Of a stretch of 64,000 nt of DNA, positions 30,630 through 42,232 are shown in pieces. Source of the DNA: Candidatus Bathyarchaeota archaeon (GTDB lineage Archaea > Thermoproteota > Bathyarchaeia > 40CM-2-53-6); contig CAWHWX010000012.1 of assembly GCA_963833125.1 (NCBI GenBank), positions 1-64,000 of the forward strand, written 5' to 3'. The position numbers and the translations under genes were made by a program. The first letter of the stretch is position 1; the number at the start of each line of letters is the position of its first letter. The notes beneath the pieces are model-generated. The model had not been told where the DNA came from. It ran no database searches and saw only the letters and a program-made list of their open reading frames with translations.

Positions 30630-31413
30630 ATGCAACGTCCGCTCTACAATCAACTAGTTCCCTACTATGAGTCCGTAGAGGGTCGGAACTGGAATCAGGA
30701 GATCAGACTCCTCACCTCCGTCTTGAAAAAACACAAATCAAAATCCGTAGTGGACTTAGGCTGCGGCACCGGATACCACGCAAGAGCGTTAACGAAGCTC
30801 GGGTTCGATGTAACTGGGATTGATATTTCAAGGCAGAATATCCGATTCGCACGGATGCGAGCTAAAGCAGAGAATGTGCGGCCCCATTTTGTTGTCGGTA
30901 GCTATTATCATTACCAACCTGATGAGGAGGTCGATGCGGCTCTATGCCTGAACTGGTCTATTCCTGTAAGAGACGGTGAGGTGAAACGTTTTCTTGACAA
31001 CGCTCAATCTATGCTTCGAGTAGGCGGGTTACTGCTATTTGACTTCGAGAGAATCTCGCAAATTGTTTGGAAGGATGTTGGTAAACCAATTGTTGAGTCG
31101 TGGGATGGAAGGGGTGAACTAATAGTTAGAGTCTCAGTGGGACAAATTAAGTCGAACGTCCTGGCTTCCCGGGATCTCTACGCCATCTACCCCAAGAATT
31201 CCAGACCAAATGTCCCGAATGAAACTTGAGATACAAAAGTACTGAAGGAAGGATCAGGTTCGCGTCTACTTGGACCGTTCCTTCGTGCGATTCTTCTCGT
31301 TACCTGAAATCAGGCGTTTTGCAAGTCGTTCGGGGTTCAGGGTTGCCGCGAGCTATATGCTACCAAGGAATGCATACAACCGCAGTTACGTTGTTCTAGA
31401 GAAAGTCGCGTGA
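30630..31413 (+). CDS. class I SAM-dependent methyltransferase (frameshift near 31225)
   Basis: VVDLGCGTG, VTGIDIS. Confidence 0.8.
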
Positions 31414-31529
31414 CGGGCAGATTCTAGGGTTATCTGCGTGTCATGCGAGTAAACTTGGTAGTGTTTTGATTTTTCAATTATCAGCACCCGATGAGTCCTG
31501 ACGTTCCCATTTGGGAATATGCGAAGTTG

Positions 31530-31675
31530 TGGTAGCGGGGGGTGGATGTTCGGGCACTTCTGCGCCTTTCGAACCACCGCTTGAGGAGCCCTTAGGCTCA
31601 ATCTCAGGGTTTCTCGCCAGGATATGAGCCGTCCGCAATCGTTCTGCGGGTTAAACCTGGCTACCCCACCCCGCT
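31530..31675 (-). tRNA. initiator tRNA-Met(CAT) with four BHB introns (29/30: 31631..31643; 37/38: 31611..31622; 47/48: 31580..31600; 59/60: 31547..31567)
   Basis: Spliced product AGCGGGG TG GGGT AGCCAGGTTTA ACCC G CAGGG CTCATAA CCCTG AGATC GGTGG TTCGAAT CCACC CCCCGCT A CCA. A1:U72 and three G-C anticodon-stem pairs mark it as the initiator. Confidence 0.92.
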
Positions 31676-31759
31676 AGAGTTTCGTCGCTCAAGTTCGCTA
31701 CCAAGTCCATCAATAGATAAGGTTGTTTCCCGCCCTTCGAGCAAACCATTTTCGGTTAG

Positions 31760-32003
31760 AGTATTGCTTCCTCGACTGGCTTCTGTTCCTCTGAAAGCAA
31801 GTGGTCATTTTGTAAGTTCTTTTCGATTTTATCGAGGGCTGGAGGCTTGTAGGTGGCGCGCTTTACTATGTCGGTGGATGGCGTTCCCGATACTGTCGAT
31901 GGTATTGTTCGCAGGCATATGCGATGAGAACGTCATCGTATCCAAGGCCGCAGGTGCTGCAGACGTAAACTTTCTTACGCTCGTGCAGCGTTTCGGTTAC
32001 CAC
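31760..32003 (-). CDS. small Zn-binding protein (probably frameshifted; 3' end approximate)
   Basis: VVTETLHERKKVYVCSTCGLGYDDVLIAYACEQYH read on the minus strand. Confidence 0.4.
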
Positions 32004-32343
32004 AATTATCAGGAGAGAAATATGCCCTACCATTACTATGTAAGCCTAGTGTGCCCGATTGATTTTTACAAGAATGATAATCGACCGATTGAGCAGCTTC
32101 CTTGTAATCGTGTCTTCCCACGCTTGAGGCGTATTCAAGGTGACTAACTGCCGGGAGGGAGTTTCTGTGGTTAGGATTTCGGATCTAGGGGGCGCTATTT
32201 GAGCAGACTGGACCGTATTTTCATCCAGAAATTGGGTATCGTGTCTATTTTTACACTCCCCTGCAAACTTTCGACACGTCATTCGCACATATTGCTCCAT
32301 TCTATTACATGGCGTTCCAGCGGTGGAGAAGAGTTTATTCCTG

Positions 32344-32599
32344 ATGTTTCAATTGAACCCGTCGATAACCCATGTCATATATTGCGGTTCCGAGGCCTCC
32401 GATAGCGGCCACCTGTTATGTACCCGCACCATGCGCTATACCACAACCACCCGAAGTCTACTATCAACCGCCGCCTCAAGCAGCGGCATACCAGCCACCC
32501 CCACAAACCTACCTTTACCAGCCACCCCCGGTTGCATACAGTGTAGCGTCGCCTCCGCAGGTCTACTACTATCAACCGCCAATGGTCAAGGTCCAGTAA
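32344..32599 (+). CDS. small Pro/Tyr/Gln-rich repeat protein (start uncertain)
   Basis: Repeated YQPPP units in ORF 32372..32599. Confidence 0.45.
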
Positions 32600-32638
32600 G
32601 AACTGGACGAAACCGCGGCACGGTTTAGTTACCTGAAG

Positions 32639-33968
32639 TCAGGGTCTGTGCCAGGTCCCTATTGGCGTCTCCTTTCTCCACCTCCTCTTTTCAAACCCGT
32701 AACGAGTCAGGGGTTTTGTTAAATGCCTCTGCGCCTTCTTATCAGGAAGATATAGCCCAGGCCGAATGACTCTGGGTCTTCTAAGAAATTGTTTCGATTC
32801 ATGTGAATAGCTCAACTTGCATCTTACACACCTGAAGCCCTGAGTTTGGCCTACAGATTTCATGTGTTTCCCGCAAAGGGGACATCGGGGATTCTCAACC
32901 GCAATATCATTACCGAGCCGGCGGATGATGAGTTTCTCAAGGTTCACTGTGAGTGGATGTCTGACATCGTTCTTTTTGACTCCACCATAGACTGTGACCT
33001 GATCCCCGGGAACCAACCCCGCGACTACTTCCTTGAACTTCCCGGTTGGTTCGAAGGCTGCGCAGTGCACAATACTATTCTTGTGTTTGAGTTGGAAGAA
33101 GACGTGCCCTCCGGAGATTCGCGTGGGCCGTTCGAGTACCTCTACCACTTAGTATGACTGGTCGGTTCGGTTCTATGTGTTTGTTGAGTGCGCTGTTTGG
33201 AAAATGTGCGTCGGTGCCGTGATTCGTGCGGAATATCACCCATCGCTCGACGGGTTCTCGAATACGGATGAGCCTAAACGCTCTAACAACCGCCTCGGGG
33301 GTTTCCCCTCGTAAGCCTAGTAGTACAGGATCTGGTCCATGAGGTGTAACAAGAATCCTTCTATTACTGGAATCATAGTTGTTGAACGTTTCTGGCGTAG
33401 TCATCCGATCCATCCTCACTACCGAATCCCCATCAACAAGTCTTGGCTTGCCGCGGTTGTGAGGTTCTCTGTAAGCAATCAACTCGAAAGTATGGTCGCC
33501 GTTCAAGGTTTGTCCTAACGCTGATAGGGCGCCCACCAAACCGAGCGTATTACCATAACATACCGCTGAAGCCTTGGATTTCTTGATCGCCCGTACCGCC
33601 TTGTGCGACGAAACGATATCAGTCAAGGCTTCACGTGACAATTCTTTGATCGCAGGTGTAGGGTTGCCTCGGAGCAGTACAACCGCTGGGTCGGTACCTT
33701 CGTCCCCCAGCTGGCAATTTTCTTCCACTGTCCGAATTACCGTCTCCCGAACAAATTCGTAGGTGTCGTTTGGAACCTCGACTCTTAGAGCTACTGCTGC
33801 ATTTCCTCGGGTCTTGAATGGGATGTTAGGGTTTAGGCGTACGATGTTAGGATAGTCAGTGAACTGGATCCTTTGTTGAGAAAATCTGTCAACTAAGAGG
33901 GCTGCGATGTAGGTTGTGCAACCGCCTTTTGTGGAATCTGTGTCGTCGATTCCAATATGCAATTTCAC
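32639..33968 (-). CDS. tiaS: tRNA(Ile2) 2-agmatinylcytidine synthetase (frameshift near 33150)
   Basis: HIGIDDTDS, KTRGNAAV, PHGPDPVLLGLRG, TNHGTD, then GGHVFF, AFEPT, CPLCG, HLTKP. Confidence 0.92.
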
Positions 33969-34027
33969 GAAGTATGACCCGGTGTATGTTCTAACGGGAA
34001 TGACCCGTTAGTTTAGGGGTTAAGAGT

Positions 34028-34267
34028 TTAGGCTCCTTCTACGACTATCATGGTCAGGGTCGATCGGACCTTGTCGAGCCTGCGGATTTTCCAGGTTACG
34101 ATTTCTTTGAGTTTGTCCATTGATTCGGCTTCGACCTTAGCCACAACATCATAGACGCCGTAGACGACGTACGATTCCTTTACGTTACTTAGTTTCCTTA
34201 GCTCTTTGAGAACCTCGTCTTCCGAACCGATTTCGGCGTTAATCAGCACAAAGGCGAGTGGCATCAC
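34028..34267 (-). CDS. Lrp/AsnC ligand-binding (RAM) domain protein
   Basis: AFVLIN...VYGVYDVVAKVEA...VRSTLTMIV. Confidence 0.9.
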   Translation of the reverse strand: MMPLAFVLINAEIGSEDEVLKELRKLSNVKESYVVYGVYDVVAKVEAESMDKLKEIVTWKIRRLDKVRSTLTMIVVEGA

Positions 34268-34333
34268 GAAACCTCGTAGTGGATTCCTTGTGTACTGCTA
34301 AAAAGGGTTTCCTAAACTTCGAAAGCGGATGAG

Positions 34334-34552
34334 TCAACCGACGGTTAGGTCATCTTCTCCGCGGGTCCGCAATATCTTGGCGTTAGGTGAGTTCTCTTCC
34401 AGAATAGCAATATTTTCGATTGACCATGTTTTCGTGAGTCCACTCGACTGCAGGTGTTGGCGGATCTCATCTATGAGTTCGCTTGTCTCCGACGGATCGC
34501 CTTTCGTGGATTGAACCAGAGTAACTAATGCAATTTTGGCCGAGGTTGGCAC
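34334..34552 (-). CDS. hypothetical protein
   Basis: 72-aa ORF co-oriented upstream of the RAM-domain gene. Confidence 0.5.
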   Translation of the reverse strand: MPTSAKIALVTLVQSTKGDPSETSELIDEIRQHLQSSGLTKTWSIENIAILEENSPNAKILRTRGEDDLTVG

Positions 34553-34786
34553 TAGCTCCTAACGATTTTATTTCTTAGAATATACGTCTTTGCGAGTAAT
34601 CTAATCCGTGAATATGTCTTATGGCATGACAGAGCAGGGTCTCAAGCCAAAGTGAGCTGTAATCGAAGTCAATTCGAAGTGCTCATCGCAGGGCTTCTAA
34701 GAAATTGCAGCATTTAGTTACAATTCACGGCCATAGTGTCCCGCAACATTTACCAGAGTGGTTGATCCGAGGATCGAGAGTTCAAC

Positions 34787-36324
34787 TTGATACGTGATTC
34801 ACCAATGAGTTCAGTCGAAGCAAGTATCTTGGACAGAAACTCGGAATACCTCGGAGTTTCAACTCTTCAATTGATGGAGAATGCGGGACGTTCAGTAGCG
34901 GACGTGATCTCTGCTCGATTTGGGACCGCTAGTTCAGTCATCATTTACTGTGGGGTGGGAAGAAATGGTGGCGACGGAATGGTGGCCGCTAGACATTTGG
35001 CAGCAAGGAAATTCAAGTCACTTTGAGACTAGTAGGAGACGCCAGGACCATCACTGATCCTATCGTCCTTCAGAACTGGTTCGCTTTGAGGTCCATGTCT
35101 TCCTCGGTCAAGATTGAGGAGTGCCGAGATTCTTCATCGCTGTCAGAATCCGATTCTGATGTTTTGGTTGACGCCGTGCTCGGGACAGGCGTTAAGGGTA
35201 GACTTCGCCAACCAATCTTGAGGGCTGTCCAAGTAATCAACGCAAGCCGAGGTTTCAAGTTGGCAGTGGACGTTCCGACCGGAATAGATTCCGACACGGG
35301 GGAAGTATTGGCGAGGCTGTCCATGCCAACGTGACAGTGACGTTTCACTGCGATGAAAAGTGGCCTCAGGAAAGCGGCAAGTTTCTGCGGCGAGATTAAC
35401 GTAGCCGATATAGGTATTCCGCCTGAAGCCGGAATCTTCGCTGGTCCTGGAGATGTTGAAGCAGTTAGGGTCCGAAGACTCCCTGAAGCGCATAAAGGGC
35501 AGTTCGGCAGGCTTCTAGTCATTGGTGGTAGTGAAACATTTAGCGGGGCTCCATCTCTCGTTGCTCTCGGCATACCGCACTGGAACAGACCTCGTTTTCG
35601 TAGCAGCCCCCGAGAAGACAGCCCAAGTAGTCTCGCGCACTCTCACCAAACTTGATTTCCATTAAACTACCGGGCGAGTGCTTAGCCGTCGCCCACATAC
35701 CGTATCGCTTCGCGAGCACATCGATAAGGCTACTGCGATTGTAATGGGCCCTGGATTAGGAAAGAGTACCAAGACGATCTCCGCTGTTCGATCGATTGCT
35801 ACCAATAATACAGGAGTCAAGGAAACCGCTTCTGCTAGACGCCGACGCCTTGAGATGCCTACGGAGTTGTAAAGAGGAAATCATTCGACAGCTCAACCGT
35901 ACTCACTCCTCATGGAGGAGAGTTTCAAGCCATGTCAGGAAAAATGCCATCAAAAGATCTGAAGATCAAGGTCGAGTGAGGTGAAAGAGTTTGCTGCAAA
36001 GAGCGGAGCTGTAACTCTCATGAAGGGACTACGGACGTGATATCAGATGGGGAGCATGTAAGGTTGAATGATACTGGCAACCCGGGAATGACCGTCGGCG
36101 GCACCGGAGACGTTCTTTCGGGCATCGTAGCCGGACTCATGTCGCAAGGGGTTAACACATTTAGCGCCGCAGTCGCAGGAGCATTCATTAACGGTGCAGC
36201 AGGCGACTTGGCAGAAGAACGGTTCGGTTACCACCTAATAGCAACTGATCTTGTAGAATACATACCAAAAGTCATGAACGATCCAATGTGTCATAAGGAG
36301 ATCCACGAAAAACGACTGCGATAA
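34787..36324 (+). CDS. nnr: bifunctional NAD(P)H-hydrate epimerase/dehydratase (multiple frameshifts)
   Basis: Successive fragments: LMENAG/NGGDG, DAVLGTG/AVDVPTG, HKGQFGRLLVIGGS, GPGLG, LDADAL, GGTGDVLSG. Confidence 0.88.
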
Positions 36325-36351
36325 ACCAATGCAGTTCGATCTGCGAAAAAA

Positions 36352-36870
36352 ATGTTACTCGTCCCCACGATTATATGTGCTTCAACTACGCCAAGATGAC
36401 CCTAAGAAATGCACCGCCGCAAAACTAGTGAAGTTCAGACTTGCGAGGCCTCTCTACAGAGTTAGACAAGTACGACCTGAAACAGTCTAACGCTGAACCC
36501 GTTCGCCCAAATGTCCATGTTGAACAAGGATAGGGTTCAAGGCCTGAAACTACGGATTGGTCGCAATCGACTGCTCATGGGAGAGAATGCGAGACGACGT
36601 TCTCGGACCGGCTGCCGGGGCGAAACATCAGGCTTCCAACTTTGCTTGCCTCGAATCCTGTCAACTACGCAAAACCGAATAAGTTGTCATCACATAGAGG
36701 CCCTGGCAGCAAGCTTGTACATAATGGGTTTCCGAGAACAAGCCAGCAAATTACTCTCGCTCTTCAAATGGGGACCACATTTCCTCACACTAAACGCCCA
36801 ACCTCTCGAAGCATACTCCTCCGTAACAGATGAAGAACAACTGGTCAGAGTAGAGTCGGAATATTTCTGA
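36352..36870 (+). CDS. tsr3: 16S rRNA aminocarboxypropyltransferase (DUF367), frameshifted
   Basis: QDDPKKCTAAKL, IDCSW, LASNPVNYAKPNKLS, EALAASLYI, FKWGPHFLTLN. Confidence 0.88.
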
Positions 36871-36899
36871 ATTAGAGCCGAGCGGGTCTGGCTTAGTAT

Positions 36900-37154
36900 T
36901 TGAAGGTAATGAGTAAATACTCCACTATCCCTCGCTGGCTAGATTTCGTTATGGACAGAGCAATGGTCTTATCGGGATTATTCCTAGTTCTCGCGGGACT
37001 TACGGGGATAGTTTACGGTGCTGGAGTAAACCTTCAAGGAATGCTAGCTAGAGGTGCCACCGACTATTCCTTCATCACTGCCTACATAACCGAATGGACA
37101 CTCATCCTGTTTGCGGGACTTACCCTGACTATCGCGGGTATCAAAAGAAAATGA
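36900..37154 (+). CDS. small membrane protein
   Basis: Two TM helices. Confidence 0.55.
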   Translation: MKVMSKYSTIPRWLDFVMDRAMVLSGLFLVLAGLTGIVYGAGVNLQGMLARGATDYSFITAYITEWTLILFAGLTLTIAGIKRK

Positions 37155-37554
37155 ACGCCCATTGCCTCTAATCTGGAAGATTCCGCAAGAAATACGCAGT
37201 TTTCTTAGATAACAATGGTATTGGAATGCATTGTGTAATTCATTTCTATACTTGCAGGTTTTCTGCTACTAACCTCACGGATACACCAGAAAAACCGCAC
37301 ACGCGCGGGTGTGATAACTGACGAAAAACCGGGGTTGATCCTCGTTATCAACCCAAATTCGACGTTAGAATTATGAAGTTCGTGGTCGATGAAGTCACAA
37401 ATCCCGGACTTCTAACGAAGACCACCTACTGCTTGTTGTCAAAATCCGTGTTCGTATGTTAGAATGCAATAGCACAACGATAGCAATAGCCTCCTCGGGC
37501 GGTGTAACCGATTATATTCGGCTTTGCGAGGTCAACCTTCGAGTTTGATGTTTC

Positions 37555-37947
37555 ATGTTGACTTATGATTGGCGGAAGTTTCTTGTGGGGATTGCACTCG
37601 TTACTTTTACAATCACGATGGCAACTAACTTGGCTTATGGGCAAAATCCTCCTCCCACCATAAGCTACTCCCCTGCGACTCCCTTAGCAAATCAGCCCAT
37701 ACAATTCGATTACTCTGGCGGAGGTCCAACTAGTCTCGCTATCTATGCTGGACGTAACTGCCCAGGGATGGAAGGCAGCAGTTCTAGTTCTCCCATTGTA
37801 ACTCTAACTGTCCCAAAGGGAGGAACCGTAACTCTACTGGGAGGGTTGCCTGCGGGGTCGTATAGTGCGGGAACCATTTCGACAGTCTTCAACTACCGAG
37901 GATATGTTGTCTGCAACAATTTCTCAGTGATTAATTCCGGTGGCTGA
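37555..37947 (+). CDS. secreted hypothetical protein
   Basis: Signal peptide (…NLAYG) and a PKD/Ig-like stretch. Confidence 0.55.
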   Translation: MLTYDWRKFLVGIALVTFTITMATNLAYGQNPPPTISYSPATPLANQPIQFDYSGGGPTSLAIYAGRNCPGMEGSSSSSPIVTLTVPKGGTVTLLGGLPAGSYSAGTISTVFNYRGYVVCNNFSVINSGG

Positions 37948-37968
37948 GCTAGTCTTCAAGAACTGAAA

Positions 37969-38022
37969 CGGGTTGGCGTGTTGGCCGTAACCCACCTTCT
38001 GTTTTAGGCGACATTCATCTAA
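37969..38022 (-). repeat. att site: duplicated 3' 54 nt of the RNase P RNA gene
   Basis: CGGGTTGGCGTGTTGGCCGTAACCCACCTTCTGTTTTAGGCGACATTCATCTAA, identical to 47427..47480. Confidence 0.95.
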
Positions 38023-38906
38023 ACAGCCCGAATAATCCTCTCGTAAGCACTACAGCTTATGGAAATCCTCTCAATCCACTTGAGCTTCTTGACGAATTCA
38101 GTAAATTCTGTAGAGTGGACTTGCAACTTGCAAAAGAGACTATTGAGCGTTACAAAGGAATAATGAGATGCTTCTCGAAATCGTTTCCAAATGATCTAAG
38201 GCAAGCGACAGACTGATGATCTTCGAAACTATATGCTTGAAAAGTACTCTCGATTCTCCACCCAACAGCAGAGCTAACATAATTTGTGGTTTTCGTTGCT
38301 TCTACAGAAGCTTTCTTGGTTCAACAATAACCGACAGTTTTCGTTATCCACGAGCACCCTTCACTCCTAAAGAAGCTCCAAGCACTGAAAACATGAGACT
38401 CTTCTATAGTGCTATCACAAAACCAGTACACAAACTCCTATTCCTTTTGCTTGCAACTAGCGGATTACGTGAGATGGAAATTCTATCTTTACGCTACGAA
38501 GACTTGGACATATCCAGAAGAGCAATCATTCCCAAGAATCATGAAGGTTCAACCAAGAAAGTCGTGGCGCTCTTTCTACTCTCCCGAATGCGATCAACTG
38601 CTAAAAGATCATGTAGCATCGAAAGAAACTTGGCAAGGAAATGAGCAACTCTTCAATCTGCTACCTCAAGGCCTTCGTCACGTCTTCGAGAAGGCGAGCA
38701 AACAGTGTGGATTCAAAATTAAGCCTAAAGATTTGCGAGATTGGTTCGCAGACAGGATGGGCAGTCTAGGCCTTCAAGACAGGTATGTGGACGCGTTTTA
38801 AGGTAGAGCCCCTAAGTCGATCCTAGCTAGACATTACTCTGACTTCAGAGTTGACAAGATGAAAATCGTCTACGAATCAGCCAACCTACGCCTATTTGAA
38901 AGATGA
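37969..38906 (+). pseudogene. tyrosine integrase C-terminal part, int(C) (frameshifts, in-frame TAA at 38799-38801)
   Basis: The frame is open from the att site (…DIHLNSP…LLDEFSKFCRVDLQLAKETIERY), then LATSGLREMEIL, KDLRDWF, DAF*GRAPKSILARHY. Confidence 0.85.
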
Positions 38907-38982
38907 ACGCAATTGACCAATCTACGCTGGCTCAAATGGGCCACCGTCGAAGCATTTCCGAGACAAAGGATTACAGGTTCAG

Positions 38983-39279
38983 ATGCGGTCGATAAAGCTG
39001 GGCAATGTTGCGATAGATGGTGAAGTACAAGGAAAAGGCTGGAAGATGGCCTTGGAGCTGAAGACTCTGCGGGACGATATTACACGCGGGATAGGACAAC
39101 TTGCTGAAGCATTAGCCTACGGGTACAATTGTGCGGCGATGGTTACGACCCAACGTAATGCAAAGGACATTGATTCTAAGGTCTTCGACAAGCTGGGCTT
39201 AATTCTACTAGGTGTGAATGCGAAAGGAGAAGTCAAACTATTTTATCCGACTTATGCGGTTGCGAGTTCGATGGAATAG
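38983..39279 (+). CDS. small PD-(D/E)XK nuclease-like protein (N-terminus probably frameshifted from ~38904)
   Basis: IDGEV…ALELKT…GIGQL. Confidence 0.6.
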   Translation: MRSIKLGNVAIDGEVQGKGWKMALELKTLRDDITRGIGQLAEALAYGYNCAAMVTTQRNAKDIDSKVFDKLGLILLGVNAKGEVKLFYPTYAVASSME

Positions 39280-39533
39280 CTGTCATTTACCCTTCGTAAC
39301 TGGTCGTAATAAACAAAATTCGATGAGGTAACGTCAACTTGTCGGTTGCTGGATTTTACATTTTGGGTGTAAAGATTCGGTTGCTGGACTCCTACAACCG
39401 CTTGTCTCTGTAGACTCCTTCATACCTCTAGTTCTCATATACTTCGGTTATCACGGTTGGTGCTCGAAAGAAATCCGGTTTCCTTCAATGATGAAGGGGT
39501 TAGATTTGCTTTGAACTGTTAGCCCAACTGATC

Positions 39534-39932
39534 TTGCCAGCAATCAGTTCGTTGTTGGCAGTATTCATTGGGTTCTGGCTTGAGCACCGATCTGTAAAGC
39601 AAATGAATCAAGAACGTTCAAACACATACCTCAAAGGACTCACCAACGAAATTTCAGAAGCAATTGATCTATTGAAACCCAAGCCTCATCCGTTACAACT
39701 CTTGCCGGTTGATCTCTGGCAATCAGCCGTCAATTCTGGCGATGTTGCGCTTTTCCGTTATGAAGCAAGAGAGGACTTACGAAAAGCCTACTTCGCTATA
39801 ATGAAGTGCAACTATCAATTCACTAGAATAAAGGAATTGGAGAAAAATTCTGGATTGAAGCGGATACATCTGAAAAAGGGCAGCGGATTTCAGCGGCTTG
39901 GCGTGCAGAAACAGACCAAGCTGATTACATGA
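39534..39932 (+). CDS. hypothetical membrane-anchored protein
   Basis: N-terminal TM followed by a helical domain. Confidence 0.5.
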   Translation: MPAISSLLAVFIGFWLEHRSVKQMNQERSNTYLKGLTNEISEAIDLLKPKPHPLQLLPVDLWQSAVNSGDVALFRYEAREDLRKAYFAIMKCNYQFTRIKELEKNSGLKRIHLKKGSGFQRLGVQKQTKLIT

Positions 39933-40045
39933 CCGAAAGCACTCTCTCCTACCTACTGGGTCTTTCTAAGAAATCATGGTTCATTGAGGCAATCAGGTAC
40001 AAGCCCGACTAAGTTCGATTTATCAATATTTGCTATTTTTTCGTC

Positions 40046-40435
40046 CTATGGAGGTCCGAATTTGCTTCCTGCTTCGGAAATCAGCTGATTAAGAACGAAT
40101 ATCGTATTTTCGATAACGATTTCTACTGGCTTCTGCGGGTAACCTTGGAAATGAGCAACCACTAGAGCGCTTGGAACCGGAACTGGATTAACATGTGGGG
40201 GAACTGGTGGGAAAGTCGAGCTAGTGATGACGATTGTTCCTGACATATTAACTGCGTCGTGTAGACTCACCAGATAATGATAATCCACTGATGCTCGATG
40301 TGCTTCGATGTGTCGAACCTTCAAGAGTACTGATGCGTCCTTATTTCGCCCAATTGTTCGGCGCTTCTTTTGAGACCACGCCAAGAAATCTATGGCCTTT
40401 TCATTCTTCGTGGCTTTTGCTTTTGACTCAAACAT
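40046..40435 (-). CDS. hypothetical protein
   Basis: 129-aa ORF, may extend upstream. Confidence 0.4.
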   Translation of the reverse strand: MFESKAKATKNEKAIDFLAWSQKKRRTIGRNKDASVLLKVRHIEAHRASVDYHYLVSLHDAVNMSGTIVITSSTFPPVPPHVNPVPVPSALVVAHFQGYPQKPVEIVIENTIFVLNQLISEAGSKFGPP

Positions 40436-40663
40436 TTCGCTATTTTCAGATAATCATTCGTACTTATGCCGTGGCGAATATTTTTTCGCATAATCGTACA
40501 GAAGATGCTCATTGGAACCGTATAGGGCTGAAACGCAAGCAGATGTGTAGTATCGGAACTCAGCTGATGTGGGAGAAACCGACTGTAGCTTGTTGAAGAA
40601 AGTTTTGGCTTCCTCCAATCTTCTTTCGCGCGCTCATGAAGTAATGCTTTGAGATTGGCTCAT

Positions 40664-41203
40664 TTAGGTATTTGCATCGGCTTTACCTGTAAAAGAATTT
40701 TGAATAGTGGCCTTGACCAGTGCTGGTGGAGTTACAACTTGTGTATGGTCTAGTCTGAGCCTCTGTTCTATCTCTTTTTTCTCGTTTATGAAGTGCCGTT
40801 TATCTAGGCTAACGAAAAATGCAATCTGATTCGCCGTGAGGTATTCGGCTATGTCTCTGTCCGATTCCTTCTGGGGAAAGTTCGGGAAGTTCGGTTTCTG
40901 GTCGAGCCGTGCTTCATCTAATCTTGCTTTTCCCAAGTCAGCAGGGGTTCGAGGCAACTTAGGAAGACGCAGTTCTTCAATGAGGCATAACGCATTTTGA
41001 GCTTTAGTCAGTCTGGACGGATCACTAAGGAGTTTGCGAAGTTCATCCTCGACTTGGAGAGAAGTTACAATTTCGATATTCCCAGTTCGATGAGACTCAA
41101 CTAGCGTCTTAACTGCTAACTCGATTTCTTTCTGGTCAGTTCTTTCAACCGAAGAGTCGTATAGCCCCATCCAAACCGAGGTATCAAAATATGCAGTAAT
41201 CAA
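40664..41203 (-). CDS. PIN domain protein
   Basis: YFDTSVW, QVEDEL, SDRDI, FVSLDKRHF acidic tetrad. Confidence 0.8.
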   Translation of the reverse strand: MITAYFDTSVWMGLYDSSVERTDQKEIELAVKTLVESHRTGNIEIVTSLQVEDELRKLLSDPSRLTKAQNALCLIEELRLPKLPRTPADLGKARLDEARLDQKPNFPNFPQKESDRDIAEYLTANQIAFFVSLDKRHFINEKKEIEQRLRLDHTQVVTPPALVKATIQNSFTGKADANT

Positions 41204-41411
41204 TTGATCGATCCTTCTTGGTGGCGTTTTGGATTAGGGTTAACCACTTATTTTCTCCTTCGACTTTGATTCCTGCCGCCTCCGCGGATGTTTTGCCGTC
41301 TAAGGCCATGTGTGATTTTTACGAAATTGTGGTAAATTCTCATTCCAGCCAAAATTGGCGTGTCAGCTTCTCGACCGTTTGAATACATGCTGGTGCTTGT
41401 ACAAACCTTAG

Positions 41412-41936
41412 TTATCCTGAGCGTTTAACTCGGATATTTCTGGCAAGGTTTTCTCTACAGAATTTCACAGCTCTGTTGTCAAGCAACCGTCCAAAATCAG
41501 CGTAAAACACTTGGTCTATTCTTGAGCCATAACATTCCACCACTCTCACTGTTGGCATAACATGCCGTTTTTTGATTTCGCTCTCTATTGCGTTAGCTCG
41601 ATTACACCCGTCAACAATCAAACGTAAGTTCGCACTTATGTGAAAAGCAGAAAGCAATAACATGTTTCTATCGGATTTAAGTTTAGTCGGTTCTTCCTTC
41701 GCGTGTTTGCGTAACGAATAGTTCACGCTCCCGGCATCATCATAATTTAAGCCGCCCTTATACCAAGGTAAGAAACAATTCTTGCGGAAACGCGCCCAAT
41801 CTCTCTTATTCCGCATGAATCCTTCTCTAACTCTAATGTCATCGCTCCACAGATCGGGTCGCCATAAGACATCTATTTCGTTGCTGTGCTCTAGAAACTG
41901 TGCTGATTCTACCTCAGGCCAACCTGCCCATGACAT
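41412..41936 (-). CDS. hypothetical protein, ParB/Srx-like motif
   Basis: LIVDGCNRA resembles IxDGxHR. Confidence 0.5.
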   Translation of the reverse strand: MSWAGWPEVESAQFLEHSNEIDVLWRPDLWSDDIRVREGFMRNKRDWARFRKNCFLPWYKGGLNYDDAGSVNYSLRKHAKEEPTKLKSDRNMLLLSAFHISANLRLIVDGCNRANAIESEIKKRHVMPTVRVVECYGSRIDQVFYADFGRLLDNRAVKFCRENLARNIRVKRSG

Positions 41937-42232
41937 GTGTTCAGCCAGCTGTTCTCAGGCTGTCCACTGCGCTTCACCTTGTAGCGGCGCACCTCCGCTC
42001 GCGTTAAGGAGTGGATTCATGGAAGATTGAACGGTCATCGCGGATAAAGCCCTACATATATTATGTAGGAAAAGGCTCAATAAAGGACCTTCATAAAGGC
42101 GATAAAGGAACGAAATCAAGAAACGAATTAATTACTATTCCCATAACGGAAGGAATCTAGCCAAGTCCATGCGTGCTACGGGTGCTCGCAGGGTTCATCG
42201 TGACATTTACCGCTGTACGGGTCCCATCTTGC

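Noticed and set aside
32639-36870. Frameshifts in tiaS, nnr and tsr3 (also dppA, speE, hutU) as mRNA BHB introns or programmed frameshifting
   Set aside because: The junctions I examined (dppA ~700, tiaS ~33150, hutU ~50060) are single-base indels with no extra sequence or BHB fold, and they hit essential genes. Long-read assembly error is the simplest explanation.
9802-38801. In-frame TGA, TAG and TAA as Sec/Pyl or genetic-code reassignment
   Set aside because: All three stop types occur once each, inside mobile elements, and all three terminate normal genes elsewhere. This fits pseudogenisation.
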